64,000 bases of DNA, from positions 1,056,001 to 1,120,000 of the forward strand of contig OY729428.2 of assembly GCA_963422375.2 (NCBI GenBank), given 5' to 3'. Position numbers and translations under genes: made by a program. Positions 9,416 to 19,601 of the stretch are shown here, in pieces. Position 1 is the first letter of the stretch, and each line of letters starts with the position of its first letter. The notes under the pieces were generated by a model. That model was not told the DNA's origin. It was given only the letters and a program-made list of their open reading frames with translations, and did no database searches. The DNA comes from Bryobacterales bacterium. Its GTDB lineage: Bacteria; Acidobacteriota; Terriglobia; Bryobacterales; UBA6623.

Positions 9416-12400
9416 ATGCGAGGATTCGCATTTCGGGCGATCTTAACCGCCCTGCTAGCCTGCCTCGCGGCAGCCACGCCGGCTCAGGCGCAGCGCGACA
9501 TGGGGACGCTGCTGGGCAGCGTGACGGATCCGTCCGGCGCCGCGATTCCCGGCGCCACCATCACCATCACGGAGGGGTCCACGGGCGTGACCGACGTGGT
9601 GGAGTCGGACGTGGTGGGCAATTACATCCGGCCTCTGATCAAGCCCGGAACGTACACCATCGAGTGCGAGTCCCCCGGATTCAAGCGGTCGGTGCAGACG
9701 GGCGTGACGCTGCAATCGGCAGGACGCGTCCAATCCAATTTCGTGCTAGAGATCGGCGAGGTCACCGAGACCATCGAGGTGTCGGCCGCCCCGCCAGCCC
9801 TGCAGACCGAGACCACCCAGATGGGCGGGACGCTCGAGAACCGCCAGACCAGCGAGCTTCCGCTCGGCGGGCAGCGGCGCTTCGCCTTCCTGGCGCGGAC
9901 CGTGCCCGCGGTGGTGCCCGCCGAGCCCGGCGCGCGCGACGCGGCCGGAGGAGGGTTCTCGGCCAACGGCGTGCGGTCGAACGGCCAGAACAACTTCCTG
10001 CTGAACGGCGTCGACAACAACGTCAACGTGATCGACTTCATCAACCAGACCGCCTACGTGGTCGGGCCGTCGGTGGAGGCCATCGGCGAGATGCAGATCC
10101 TGACGAACGGCTACAACGCCGAGTACGGCCGCGCCGCGGGCGGCGTGGTCAACGTCACCATCAAGTCCGGCACGAACGAAGTTCACGGCACGCTGTTCGA
10201 GTTCCTGCAGAACACCAAGCTCAACGCCAATCCGTGGCACCTCAACAAGAACGGCAACCCGCGGCAGCCCTACAAGCAGAACCAGTTCGGCGCGGCCGTC
10301 GGAGGCCCCATCGCCAGGAACAGGACGTTCTGGTTCGCCGACTACCAAGGCACGTTCATCCGCGACGGCAGCCTCGCGAGCACGCTGACCGTGCCCGCCC
10401 CGGGCATGGCCAGCGGCGACTTCTCGACGATAATGCGGAACAGCGACGTGCTCGGCGCCGACGCCATGGGAGTCGACGTCATCCGCGGCCAGATCTACGA
10501 CCGCGACACGCAGCGCGACATCGGCGGCACGGTGGTCCGCGACCCGTTCCCGAACAACCAGCTGCCGGCCAGCCGGTTCGACCCGATCGCATCCCAGCTC
10601 ATCGGGCAGTACCCGGCCGAGAATCAGAAGCTGACGACGCAGGGCAACCGCCCCGGCAGCAACTATTTCACGACCCGCTCGGCCACGCGCGACGTGCATC
10701 AGTGGGACGTGCGCGTGGATCACCGCATCTCCGACAACGACAGCCTGTTCGGCAGCCTCAGCTGGATCGACGAGCAGAAGTTCCAGTCCCCGCCCCTGCC
10801 AGGCGACCTCGACGCCGGCGGATTCCTCGGCGAGACCGAGGAGAACCTGAGTCGGGCGGCGATGATGAGCTACACCAAGATCTGGTCGCCGACCCTGATC
10901 ACCGAGTCGCGCGTCGCGTACTCCCGCCTGATCACGACGCGCGTGCAGAGCAACGCGGATTCGGACTCGTTCTCGTCGCTGGGCTTCGGCGGCCTCAACC
11001 CGTTCACCACGAACAACGGCGGCATGATGCGCCTGGGGCCGCAGGGCTACAGCACGGTCGGCGGTTCCGAGTGGCTACCCACCCAGGAGTACAACAACGT
11101 CTGGGACTTCATCCAGAACGTCTCTTGGAACAAGGGCTCCCATGCCATCAAGTTCGGGGCAGAGTACCGCCCCATCGGCTTCCCGTTCTTCCAGGTGCCC
11201 TCGCCGCGCGGCCGCATGGACTTCAACCGAGCCGACAACCAGCAGGTCGGCTTCAACGACACCGGCGACGGCATGGCCGCCTGGCTGCTCGGCGACGTTC
11301 ATTGGGCCCGCATCACCACGGCAAACTTCATCTCCTCGTTCAAGGACGCGTACTCGTTCTTCGTGCAGGACGACTGGAAGGTGTCCTCGAGGCTGACGGT
11401 CAACGTCGGTCTGCGCTACGAGCTGACGACACCGATCGGCGAGAAATTCGGCCGGCAGGCGCACCTCGATGTCTTCGGGGCCGATCACAACGTCCCGACG
11501 CTGGTCATTCCCAAGGGCAAGGACCAAAACGCACCGTTGCCGCCGAACTTCGCCACCGACTATCCGTCGATCGCCGTCGAGCGGGGGATCGCGTCCACGT
11601 ACCTGACCGAGTGGGACCGCTCCAACCTGGCCCCCCGCATTGGCTTCGCCTTCGAGGCGATGCCCGGAACCGTCATCCGCGCCGGCTACGGCATCTTCTA
11701 CGGCGCCGAGGAGAACGAGGGAGGCAACCCCAACCGCGGTGAGAACGTGCCCTTCAACCAGGAGACGCGGTTTGAGAAGAACAGGGGCTCGGACCGGAAT
11801 CCGTTCGTCAGCAAGTTCTCGGACGGCTTCCCGGTCAACGCCTTCACGCTGCCCGCCCCGATTTCCTTCCGCTCCCTGTACACCCAGCGCCGCTGGCCGC
11901 TGGTGAACAAGTGGAACCTGAACATCCAGCGCGACCTCGGCTGGAACTCGGTTCTCGAAGTCGCCTACATCGGCTCCAAGGGCAACCGGCTCACGGACAA
12001 CTACAACGGGAACCCGGTCGTGAACGACCCTCGCCCGAACCAGCCCACCCTGCCGCGCCGGCCCTTCAAGTTCGTCAATTCCAGCATCACCTTCACGAAC
12101 AGCAACGCTCGGTCGACGTATAACGCGTTCACGGCCAAGCTGGACAAGCGCTATTCCGACGGCCTCGGATTCCTCGCCGCCTACACCTGGGGCCACGCGC
12201 TGGCGGACACCGGCACCACGCTCTCGGGCGGGCCGGGCAACCGCACGCCGCACCAGTCCCTCGAATACGCCCACGCCAGCTTCGACGTGCGGCATCGGTT
12301 CGTTCTCAGCGGCAACTGGAACCTGCCGACCCCGGCAGCGCTGTCGGGACCGGCCCGCATGCTGATCGGCGGATGGCAGCTGAACGGCATCCTCACCTTG

Positions 12401-12820
12401 CAGACGGGCAACTACTTCAACATCGGCACCAACCGCGCGATCTGCTCGTGCTCCGGAACGACCCGGCCGGACCCGGTGTCCGGCAGGGATCCCAACGCGC
12501 CCCCGTCGGGCGGACGGACGCCCGAGCAGTGGTTCGACACGTCGGCGGTGCAGGATCCCGCGGTCGGCACCTATGGCTCACTCGGCAACTACAGCAACAT
12601 GGGGCCGCCGACCAACACGGTCGACCTTTCGCTGTTCAAGGACTTCCCGATCACGGAAAGCTCGAAGCTGCAGTTCCGCGTCGAGTCGTTCAACCTGATG
12701 AACACGCCGCAATTCAGCCGACCCAACTCGACCCACGGCAACGCCAACTTCGGCCGCATCGACGACGCCCGCTCCGGCTTGAACCGCCAGTTCCAGCTCG
12801 CGCTCCGATTCATGTTCTAG
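9416..12820 (+). CDS. TonB-dependent receptor, Oar-like, with N-terminal carboxypeptidase-regulatory-like domain
   Basis: SD AGGAGG at 9401-9406 before ATG 9416; GSVTDPSGAAIPGA, NNFLLNGVDNN, FVQDDWKV, APRIGFA and C-terminal RQFQLALRFMF. Confidence 0.93.
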   Translation: MRGFAFRAILTALLACLAAATPAQAQRDMGTLLGSVTDPSGAAIPGATITITEGSTGVTDVVESDVVGNYIRPLIKPGTYTIECESPGFKRSVQTGVTLQSAGRVQSNFVLEIGEVTETIEVSAAPPALQTETTQMGGTLENRQTSELPLGGQRRFAFLARTVPAVVPAEPGARDAAGGGFSANGVRSNGQNNFLLNGVDNNVNVIDFINQTAYVVGPSVEAIGEMQILTNGYNAEYGRAAGGVVNVTIKSGTNEVHGTLFEFLQNTKLNANPWHLNKNGNPRQPYKQNQFGAAVGGPIARNRTFWFADYQGTFIRDGSLASTLTVPAPGMASGDFSTIMRNSDVLGADAMGVDVIRGQIYDRDTQRDIGGTVVRDPFPNNQLPASRFDPIASQLIGQYPAENQKLTTQGNRPGSNYFTTRSATRDVHQWDVRVDHRISDNDSLFGSLSWIDEQKFQSPPLPGDLDAGGFLGETEENLSRAAMMSYTKIWSPTLITESRVAYSRLITTRVQSNADSDSFSSLGFGGLNPFTTNNGGMMRLGPQGYSTVGGSEWLPTQEYNNVWDFIQNVSWNKGSHAIKFGAEYRPIGFPFFQVPSPRGRMDFNRADNQQVGFNDTGDGMAAWLLGDVHWARITTANFISSFKDAYSFFVQDDWKVSSRLTVNVGLRYELTTPIGEKFGRQAHLDVFGADHNVPTLVIPKGKDQNAPLPPNFATDYPSIAVERGIASTYLTEWDRSNLAPRIGFAFEAMPGTVIRAGYGIFYGAEENEGGNPNRGENVPFNQETRFEKNRGSDRNPFVSKFSDGFPVNAFTLPAPISFRSLYTQRRWPLVNKWNLNIQRDLGWNSVLEVAYIGSKGNRLTDNYNGNPVVNDPRPNQPTLPRRPFKFVNSSITFTNSNARSTYNAFTAKLDKRYSDGLGFLAAYTWGHALADTGTTLSGGPGNRTPHQSLEYAHASFDVRHRFVLSGNWNLPTPAALSGPARMLIGGWQLNGILTLQTGNYFNIGTNRAICSCSGTTRPDPVSGRDPNAPPSGGRTPEQWFDTSAVQDPAVGTYGSLGNYSNMGPPTNTVDLSLFKDFPITESSKLQFRVESFNLMNTPQFSRPNSTHGNANFGRIDDARSGLNRQFQLALRFMF

Positions 12821-12848
12821 ACGGCTCCGCCGCTCGAACGCCCGCTCC

Positions 12849-12876
12849 GGCCCCCGCCCCTCGGCGGGGGTCTTTT
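12849..12876 (+). terminator. Rho-independent terminator after the TonB receptor
   Basis: CCCCCGCC-cctc-GGCGGGGG stem-loop followed by TCTTTT. Confidence 0.75.
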
Positions 12877-13007
12877 CATTGCGCACCTGCCCGGCCCTTG
12901 GCAGGCCCAACCCGGGTATGGTTCGGTAGAGCCCCGCACCGCCGCGCCTCGTGTACCGCCGACTCTCCGCAGCTCGCAGGACTGCCCCGGAAATCGGGCT
13001 CCGACCG

Positions 13008-14726
13008 ATGCCTCCAGCGCGGGCGGCGCACCTGCCGCGCTGCGGCGCGCTCGGGCCGCTGCTTTGCATGGCGCTGGCGGCCGCGCCGAGCTACGTCGAT
13101 ATCGCCGACGGGGCGGGCCTCCGACACGCCGTGACGTTCGGCAGCTCCGCCGCGAGCAGCTACATCCTCGAGACCACCGGGACCGGCGCGGCGATCCTCG
13201 ATTTCGACCGGGACGGCGACAACGACGTGTTCGTCGTCAACGGCACGACCTTCCCCCTGCAGGCGGCTGGCGAGAGCCCCGCATCCTTCCTGTACGTCAA
13301 CGACGGCCGGGGCAGGTTCCGCGAGGCGGCGGCCGAACACGGGCTCGACGGCTCCGGCTGGGGCCAAGGAGCGTGCGTCGGCGACATCGACAACGACGGC
13401 TGGGAAGACCTCGCCGTGACCTACTACGGCGCGACCGCGCTCTACCGCAACCGCGAAGGGGCCTTCGAGGACGCGAGCGCAGGCTTGGGCCAAGTCAGGG
13501 GCGAGCGCCGCTGGGGCGCCGGCTGCGCCTTCCTCGACTACGACGCGGACGGACTGCTCGACCTTTTCGTGGCCAACTACGTGGACTTCGACCCGGAATC
13601 CACGCCCGCGCCCGGCTCCGACGGCGGCTGCGAATGGAAGGGGATTCCCGTCATGTGCGGCCCCCGCGGGTTGCCGCGGGCAAGCAACGCGCTCTACCGC
13701 AACCTAGGTCGCGGACGGTTCGAGGACGTCTCGGCACGAGCGGGAATTCTCGATCCCGGCGGGCGCTACGCGCTCGGCGCGGCGGCGGCGGACTTCGACA
13801 ACGACGGCGACACGGACATTTACGTCGCCTGCGACATGACCCCGAGCCTCCTCTACCGCAACGACGGGGACGGCACCTTCACCGAGATCGGGTCGGAAGC
13901 CGGCGTCGCCTACAGCGCCGACGGCCAGCTGCAGGCAGGCATGGGTGTCGCCGTGGCGGACTACGACGGCAACGGCTTCCTCGATATCGCGAAGACGAAC
14001 TTCTCGGGGGACCTGCCGTCCCTCTACCGCAACGAGGACGGGGTCTTCTTCGAGGACGTGGCATTCGACGCGGGCCTCGGGGCGCACCAGCTGCTCGGGT
14101 GGGGCGCCCTGTTCGTCGACGCGGACGAGGACGGCCTGGCGGACCTGATGCTGGCCAACGGGCACGTCTACCCGGAGGTCGACTCCGCGCCCGTCGGCGA
14201 GACCTACGCCCAGCGGACCGTACTGTACAGGAATCGCGGAGACGGCAGCTTCATGGACTTCACGGACAGCGCCGGCCCCGCGCTGAAGGTGCCGCGGCCG
14301 GCCCGCGGCATGGCCGCCGGCGACCTCGACGGAGACGGTCATCCCGAGATCGTAGTGGTCAACGTCAACCGCCCGCCGTCGCTGCTGCGGACCCGGGCTC
14401 CCGAGGCGAACGCGATCCTCGTACGGCTCCAAGGATCCGACTCGAACCGCAGCGCGATCGGCGCGCGCGTGGAAGTGGCGTTCGGGGGCCGGGTCGCGAC
14501 GGGCGCGGTCTTCGGCGGCGGAAGCTACCTCTCCCAGAGCGACCTCGCCCTCCACTTCGGCCTCGGCGGCGCGGCCGCCGTCGATGCGATCACCATCGTC
14601 TGGCCAAGGGGCCTGCGGCAGCGATGGACCCGTCTCGAGCCCAATCGACGCTACCTGTTCGTCGAGGGAGCCGACGCCTTCGAATCGACCGCTCTGGACA
14701 GGCCCGCCAAGACCGCCTCGAACTGA
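13008..14726 (+). CDS. CRTAC1 family protein (FG-GAP plus ASPIC/UnbV), paralog of 1445-3082
   Basis: Same blade motifs plus CGPRGLP, SNRSAIGARV and GGSYLSQSDLALHFGLG. Start uncertain (13008 or 13068). Confidence 0.9.
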   Translation: MPPARAAHLPRCGALGPLLCMALAAAPSYVDIADGAGLRHAVTFGSSAASSYILETTGTGAAILDFDRDGDNDVFVVNGTTFPLQAAGESPASFLYVNDGRGRFREAAAEHGLDGSGWGQGACVGDIDNDGWEDLAVTYYGATALYRNREGAFEDASAGLGQVRGERRWGAGCAFLDYDADGLLDLFVANYVDFDPESTPAPGSDGGCEWKGIPVMCGPRGLPRASNALYRNLGRGRFEDVSARAGILDPGGRYALGAAAADFDNDGDTDIYVACDMTPSLLYRNDGDGTFTEIGSEAGVAYSADGQLQAGMGVAVADYDGNGFLDIAKTNFSGDLPSLYRNEDGVFFEDVAFDAGLGAHQLLGWGALFVDADEDGLADLMLANGHVYPEVDSAPVGETYAQRTVLYRNRGDGSFMDFTDSAGPALKVPRPARGMAAGDLDGDGHPEIVVVNVNRPPSLLRTRAPEANAILVRLQGSDSNRSAIGARVEVAFGGRVATGAVFGGGSYLSQSDLALHFGLGGAAAVDAITIVWPRGLRQRWTRLEPNRRYLFVEGADAFESTALDRPAKTASN

Positions 14727-14745
14727 TCCTCGGGGCGCACGGCGC

Positions 14746-16068
14746 CTATTGCGTGGCGCTCGGGCGGCCGCTGCGCCCGCTCCGCTGGATGCGCGGCGCC
14801 AGGCCCTCCTGCCAATTCCGGTACAGCGCCGCGAGCTCGGCGACAACCTTCGGCTCCTCGGCCGCCACGTTCCGGCTCTCGGACAAGTCCGCCGCGAGGT
14901 CGAACAGTTCGGGCCCGCGCTTGTTGTTCAGCAGCTTCCAGCGCCCCTTGCGCACCGCCCAGCCGTCCTCGGAACCCTTGTCGATCCAGTTCCAGTAGAG
15001 CGCATCGTGCAGGGGGCCGGCCGTCGTTCCGTTCGCGGCGGGCAGGATGTTCCGGCTGTCAATCGCCCGGTCGGAGGGCGGATCGACGCCCGCGGCGGCC
15101 AGCGCGGTCGCGAAGACGTCGATGGAAATCACCGGCTCGTCCGCCACCGCCCCGGCTGGGACGCGGCCGGGCCAGCGCATTAGGAACGGCACGCGGAGCC
15201 CACCCTCGTAGACGCTGTGCTTGTAGTCCCGCAGCGCCCCGTTCGATGCGGTGGTGCCGCGCGCTCCGCCGTTGTCGGACAGGAACACCACGAGCGTGCG
15301 CTCGGCCAAGCCGAGACGGTCCAAGGCATCGAGGATCTCGCCCACGCCTTCGTCCATGATGGCCAGCATCGCGAGATAGGTGTTCCGCTTGGCGTCCGCG
15401 TTCGAGAAGCGGCGGATGTAGTCTTCCGGCGCTTGGAGGGGATTGTGGACCGCGTTGTACGGGACATACGCGAAGAACGGCCGCTTCCGGCTGGCCTCGA
15501 TGAATTCGACGGCCCTGCGGGTGATGTTGCGCGTCAGGTAGCCGCTGTCGTGAATCGGATCGCGGTCGAGGTAGATTGAGCGGATCTCGTCCGCGATCGA
15601 AAGGTCGAAATAGTCGTGCCCGCCATGGCCGAGGAAGCCGTAGAAGGTGTCGAACCCTCGCTCGAGCGGGCGGTAGGGCTCCGCCAGACCCAAGTGCCAC
15701 TTCCCGAACACCCCCGTGGCGTAGCCCGCGTCGCGCAGCAGACCGGCCAGGGTGACCTCGGACAGAGGCAGCCCCGCCCGCGAGTCGGCCGCCGTGTAGA
15801 AGCCGAAGCGCTGCTGGTAGCGGCCGGTCAGCAGACCGGCCCGAGTCGGCGCGCAGACTGGGCAGCTCGCGTAGCCGTTGGTCATGCGCACGCCCTCGGC
15901 GGCAATCCGGTCGATGTTCGGAGTGGAGACCTCGTCCGGGTGCGGGTGGCAGCTGAGGTCGGCGTAGCCCTGGTCGTCCGACAGGATGACCACGATGTTC
16001 GCCCTCTCGGGCCCGGCCAGAGCGGCGGCCGGAACCAGCGCCGAGACGAACAGCAGGAGCGTCCTCAT
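14746..16068 (-). CDS. Exported Cys-type sulfatase
   Basis: NIVVILSDDQG, formylglycine motif CAPTRAGLLTGR, GKWHLG and SDNGG. Confidence 0.93.
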   Translation of the reverse strand: MRTLLLFVSALVPAAALAGPERANIVVILSDDQGYADLSCHPHPDEVSTPNIDRIAAEGVRMTNGYASCPVCAPTRAGLLTGRYQQRFGFYTAADSRAGLPLSEVTLAGLLRDAGYATGVFGKWHLGLAEPYRPLERGFDTFYGFLGHGGHDYFDLSIADEIRSIYLDRDPIHDSGYLTRNITRRAVEFIEASRKRPFFAYVPYNAVHNPLQAPEDYIRRFSNADAKRNTYLAMLAIMDEGVGEILDALDRLGLAERTLVVFLSDNGGARGTTASNGALRDYKHSVYEGGLRVPFLMRWPGRVPAGAVADEPVISIDVFATALAAAGVDPPSDRAIDSRNILPAANGTTAGPLHDALYWNWIDKGSEDGWAVRKGRWKLLNNKRGPELFDLAADLSESRNVAAEEPKVVAELAALYRNWQEGLAPRIQRSGRSGRPSATQ

Positions 16069-16183
16069 GCCCAATAGGCGAAATCCGCCGCCGCTAGGTT
16101 GCACGACGCGCCCCGCCCGCTACCGGGCTGGTGGCCTCGGTCCCGACCGGGCAGCTGCGACACGGCTCGGGGGCAGGTCCGCG

Positions 16184-17491
16184 CTAGTTCTCCGCTATGC
16201 AGAACAGCTCGTCCTGGCTCCTGAGATAGAGCCGTCCGTCCAGAATCACGGGGGACGACACGAACATCTCGTCGCCCATGCTGTTGACCGCAAGCACCTC
16301 GTACTGGGTGCCCATCTTGAGGACGATGACATCGCCTTCCTCGCTGGCCAGGTACAGCTTGCCGTTGGCAGCCACCGGGGATGCCTTGAACGTGTAGGTC
16401 TCCGGCAGCCGCTGCTGGTGGTAGTGCTTCTCGCCCGTGACGGCGTCGAACGCGTTCACCAAGCCGCGGTCCGTCACGAAGTAAAGGATGCCGTCGTGCA
16501 GCACGGGGGACGCCGAGTAAGCGTTCCCGCGCTGGTTGGTCCACTTCACGAAGTCGGGGTTGTCGGTGAGGTCCCCTTTCCCGCCGAGCTTGATCGCCAG
16601 CAGATTCGGGTCGCGGTACCCGGTCATCGCGATGACCATCTCGTCGTTCACGTTGACCACCGCCGGGATCGCGTTCGCTCCCAGTCCGCCCGCTTCCCAT
16701 ATCAATTCGCCGGTCGCCAGGTCGTAGCTCCGCACGCGGGTCGAGCTCGTCACGAGCTGCTCCCGCCCGCCGTAGGGCACCACGACGGGCTGCGGCCAGC
16801 TGCTGCGCTCGTCCCGTTCGGCGCGCCAGCGCTCCGAGCCGGTGCTCTTGTCGAGGACGACGATGTACGACTCCCCCTCGTGGTCGTTCTGGATGATCAG
16901 GGAGTCGCCGTGCAGCACCGGCGCGATGCCCTCGCCGAACGCGTTGCGCATGTACATCGGGCCCAGCTCCCGCTTCCAGATCTGCCGACCGCCCATGTCG
17001 TAGGCGTAGACCCCCCTCGAGCCGAAGTTCGCGATCAGAATCTCGCCATCCGTCACGGGAGAGTTGGAGGCGAAACTCCCGTACCTGCGGTGGTATCCCT
17101 CGTGAGGCACGGCGCTCGCGGCGGCCTTGCGCCAGATCTCCTTGCCGCTCTCCGCGTCGAAGGCCATCACTAGGAAATCGTGCCTGACGAGGGCCCCGGT
17201 CTCGTCGTCCGTCCCGGTCTCCACTGCGGTGGTGAGGTAGACGACACCGTCCGAAATCACCGGCGTGGAGTGACCCTTGCCCGGGACCGGAACCCGCCAT
17301 TTCACGTTCTCCGTCCTGGAGAAGCGCAGCGGCGCATCGCTCTCGGCGACCCCGTTGTTGTTAGGGCCGCGCCATTGCCTCCAAGCGTCCTTGGCGTCCG
17401 GCCCGGCCGCGAAGGCGGGCCCGGCCAGCAACGCAAGGCCAAGAGCGGTGCAAACCGCTCGCGAAGCGATTGGGGAGGAAAGCATCGTCAT
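16184..17491 (-). CDS. PQQ-binding-like (BamB-like) beta-propeller repeat protein
   Basis: WRQWRGPNNNG, VKWRVPVPGKGHSTPV, and repeated A-x-D-x-x-T/SG-x-x-x-W and ASPV motifs. Confidence 0.88.
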   Translation of the reverse strand: MTMLSSPIASRAVCTALGLALLAGPAFAAGPDAKDAWRQWRGPNNNGVAESDAPLRFSRTENVKWRVPVPGKGHSTPVISDGVVYLTTAVETGTDDETGALVRHDFLVMAFDAESGKEIWRKAAASAVPHEGYHRRYGSFASNSPVTDGEILIANFGSRGVYAYDMGGRQIWKRELGPMYMRNAFGEGIAPVLHGDSLIIQNDHEGESYIVVLDKSTGSERWRAERDERSSWPQPVVVPYGGREQLVTSSTRVRSYDLATGELIWEAGGLGANAIPAVVNVNDEMVIAMTGYRDPNLLAIKLGGKGDLTDNPDFVKWTNQRGNAYSASPVLHDGILYFVTDRGLVNAFDAVTGEKHYHQQRLPETYTFKASPVAANGKLYLASEEGDVIVLKMGTQYEVLAVNSMGDEMFVSSPVILDGRLYLRSQDELFCIAEN

Positions 17492-17590
17492 GACGTTTAC
17501 CGGTGCCGGGCCGAGACTCGCAGATTTCGGGGCTCGGCACGCGACGCACGGCACCGCGAGCGCCCCACCCTCGGTCCGGCACCTGCACTA

Positions 17591-19099
17591 CTAGACGTTC
17601 GAAACGGCCCGTTGGTTAGGCTTGCTCGCGGAACGGTGCGCCCGCAGGAGCGGCCAGAGCAGGGACAGGACGGTGCCTGCGAGGAAGGCAACCAGAATCG
17701 GACGCGCCAGCAGGACCAGCCAGTCGCCCCTGCTGAGAATCAGCGCCCGGCGCAGGTTCGATTCCATCATGGGCCCGAGGATCAAGCCCAGCACGAGCGG
17801 GCCGAGCGGAATCCGCGCCTTGCGAAACAGGAAGCCCGCCACGCCCGCCGCATACATCGCCCACACATCCGCGACCGTATTGTTGAGGGCGTAGGCGCCG
17901 ACCGTCCCGAACAGCACGATGCCGGTCCACAGCCACGGGGCCGGGACACGGAGGATTCGAGCCAGCGGCCGCGCTCCGAGCAGCCCGATCCCCAGAATCA
18001 GGAGGGAAGCGAACACTAGCAGGAACACGATCGAGAATACGAACTCCTGCCTGTTCTCGAATAGCAGCGGGCCGGGCTGGATGCCGTGAATCAGCAGTGC
18101 GCCGATGAGAATCGCCGAGACCGCGTCGCCGGGAATGCCCAGCGTGAGCATCGTTGTCATCGCGCCGCCGATGGCGGCGTTGCAGGCCGAGCAACTGGCT
18201 GCCAGGCCCTGCAGCGAACCCTTGCCGAATGCTGCCTTGTCCTTGGAAGCCCGGCGAGCCTGCTCCCAAGCGATCACCGAGCCGATGTCGCCGCCCGCCG
18301 CCGGCACGGCGCCCACCATGGTTCCGACCGTGGCTCCCGCGAACGTCGCCCCGAGCATCGTCCGCGCCTCTTCGGTCCGCGGCAGCACGCGGCCGATCGC
18401 GGACGGCGGGGAGGCCTTGCCCGCGTGACGCTCCGAGACCTGCACCAGCACCTCCGCGAGGCCGAAGAGCCCGATCATGACGGGCACGAACGACACCCCG
18501 TCGAGGAACTCCGACATGCCGAACGTATAGCGCGGATAGGCCGTCATCGGGTCGAGTCCCACCAGCGCGAGCGCCAGTCCCAGCGTTCCCGCCAGCAGTC
18601 CCTTGAGCACGTGCCGGCCGGAGACGCCCGCCATGAGGCTGATGCCCAGCAGGGCCAAGCCAAAGTACTCCGCAGGCCCGAACTTGAGCGCGAAACTCGC
18701 GATCGGGAACGCGAGGAACGCGAGGAAGAGGATGCTTGTGAGCTGGCCGGCCGCGGACGCGAGGGCGTTCACGCCGAGCGCGAGCCCGGCCCGGCCCTTG
18801 CGGGCTAGGGGGTACCCGTCCCACGAGGTCGCGATCGAGGCGGGCGTTCCGGGCACGTTGATGAGGATGGCCGGGATGCCCCCGGCCGGGATGGCCCCGC
18901 AATAGATTCCCAGCAGCATCGCCAAGCCCTGCTCGGGCGACACCCAGAACGTCAGCGGCGTCAGGATCGCCACGCCCATCGTCGCCGTCAGGCCCGGCAG
19001 GGAACCGAACACCGCGCCGAGCGAGACGCCCACCGCGAGGAATCCGAGGACCTGCAGGCTGAGCACGGCCGACAGGCCGGCCAGGATATCGGCAGTCAA
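17591..19099 (-). CDS. tctA: Tripartite tricarboxylate transporter large permease
   Basis: GSLPGLTATMG, ILINVPGTPAS, DGYPLA, FGPAEYF and LTLGIPGD. Confidence 0.93.
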   Translation of the reverse strand: MTADILAGLSAVLSLQVLGFLAVGVSLGAVFGSLPGLTATMGVAILTPLTFWVSPEQGLAMLLGIYCGAIPAGGIPAILINVPGTPASIATSWDGYPLARKGRAGLALGVNALASAAGQLTSILFLAFLAFPIASFALKFGPAEYFGLALLGISLMAGVSGRHVLKGLLAGTLGLALALVGLDPMTAYPRYTFGMSEFLDGVSFVPVMIGLFGLAEVLVQVSERHAGKASPPSAIGRVLPRTEEARTMLGATFAGATVGTMVGAVPAAGGDIGSVIAWEQARRASKDKAAFGKGSLQGLAASCSACNAAIGGAMTTMLTLGIPGDAVSAILIGALLIHGIQPGPLLFENRQEFVFSIVFLLVFASLLILGIGLLGARPLARILRVPAPWLWTGIVLFGTVGAYALNNTVADVWAMYAAGVAGFLFRKARIPLGPLVLGLILGPMMESNLRRALILSRGDWLVLLARPILVAFLAGTVLSLLWPLLRAHRSASKPNQRAVSNV

Positions 19100-19178
19100 G
19101 CCCGGACCTCCGCGAGATTGGGGCGAGCCGATCCGGGCCCGCCTCCCGTGGCAGCCAGTCCAGAATTCCGCCGGCAGG

Positions 19179-19601
19179 TCATTCGAGCGACACGTTCAGG
19201 CCGATGCTAAAGGCTAGGTACACTACGGAGGACATGGCAACTCCGTACGCAGCGGACGGAAGCCATCCCTGGCCTAGAAAGCGCAGCGCCAACGCAAGGA
19301 AGACCGCCGTTCGGACGACGAAGAAACCCGTTCCCCACAGCAGCAGATAGCCGAGGAGCAGCGCTGCCGTCCCTGCCACCTGCCCGGCGTTCGAAATGCC
19401 GAAGCTTTCGTCGGCTGAATCCTCGCCTCGCTTGAGGAGCAGCCCGCAGGCCAGCACCGCCATGAGGCCCCCGATCGCCTGCGGGAAGAACCCGGCCCCC
19501 GGCTGCCCGCCGACGCCCGCCGGGAGCCCGAGCCCGCTCGCCACCAGCGCGAGCCCCAGCGCAAGGAAAGCACCGCCGGTAACCTTGTCTGCCGCCTTCA
19601 C
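19179..19601 (-). CDS. tctB: Tripartite tricarboxylate transporter small permease
   Basis: Small 4-TM protein with PGAGFFP, located between tctC and tctA. Confidence 0.85.
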   Translation of the reverse strand: MKAADKVTGGAFLALGLALVASGLGLPAGVGGQPGAGFFPQAIGGLMAVLACGLLLKRGEDSADESFGISNAGQVAGTAALLLGYLLLWGTGFFVVRTAVFLALALRFLGQGWLPSAAYGVAMSSVVYLAFSIGLNVSLE

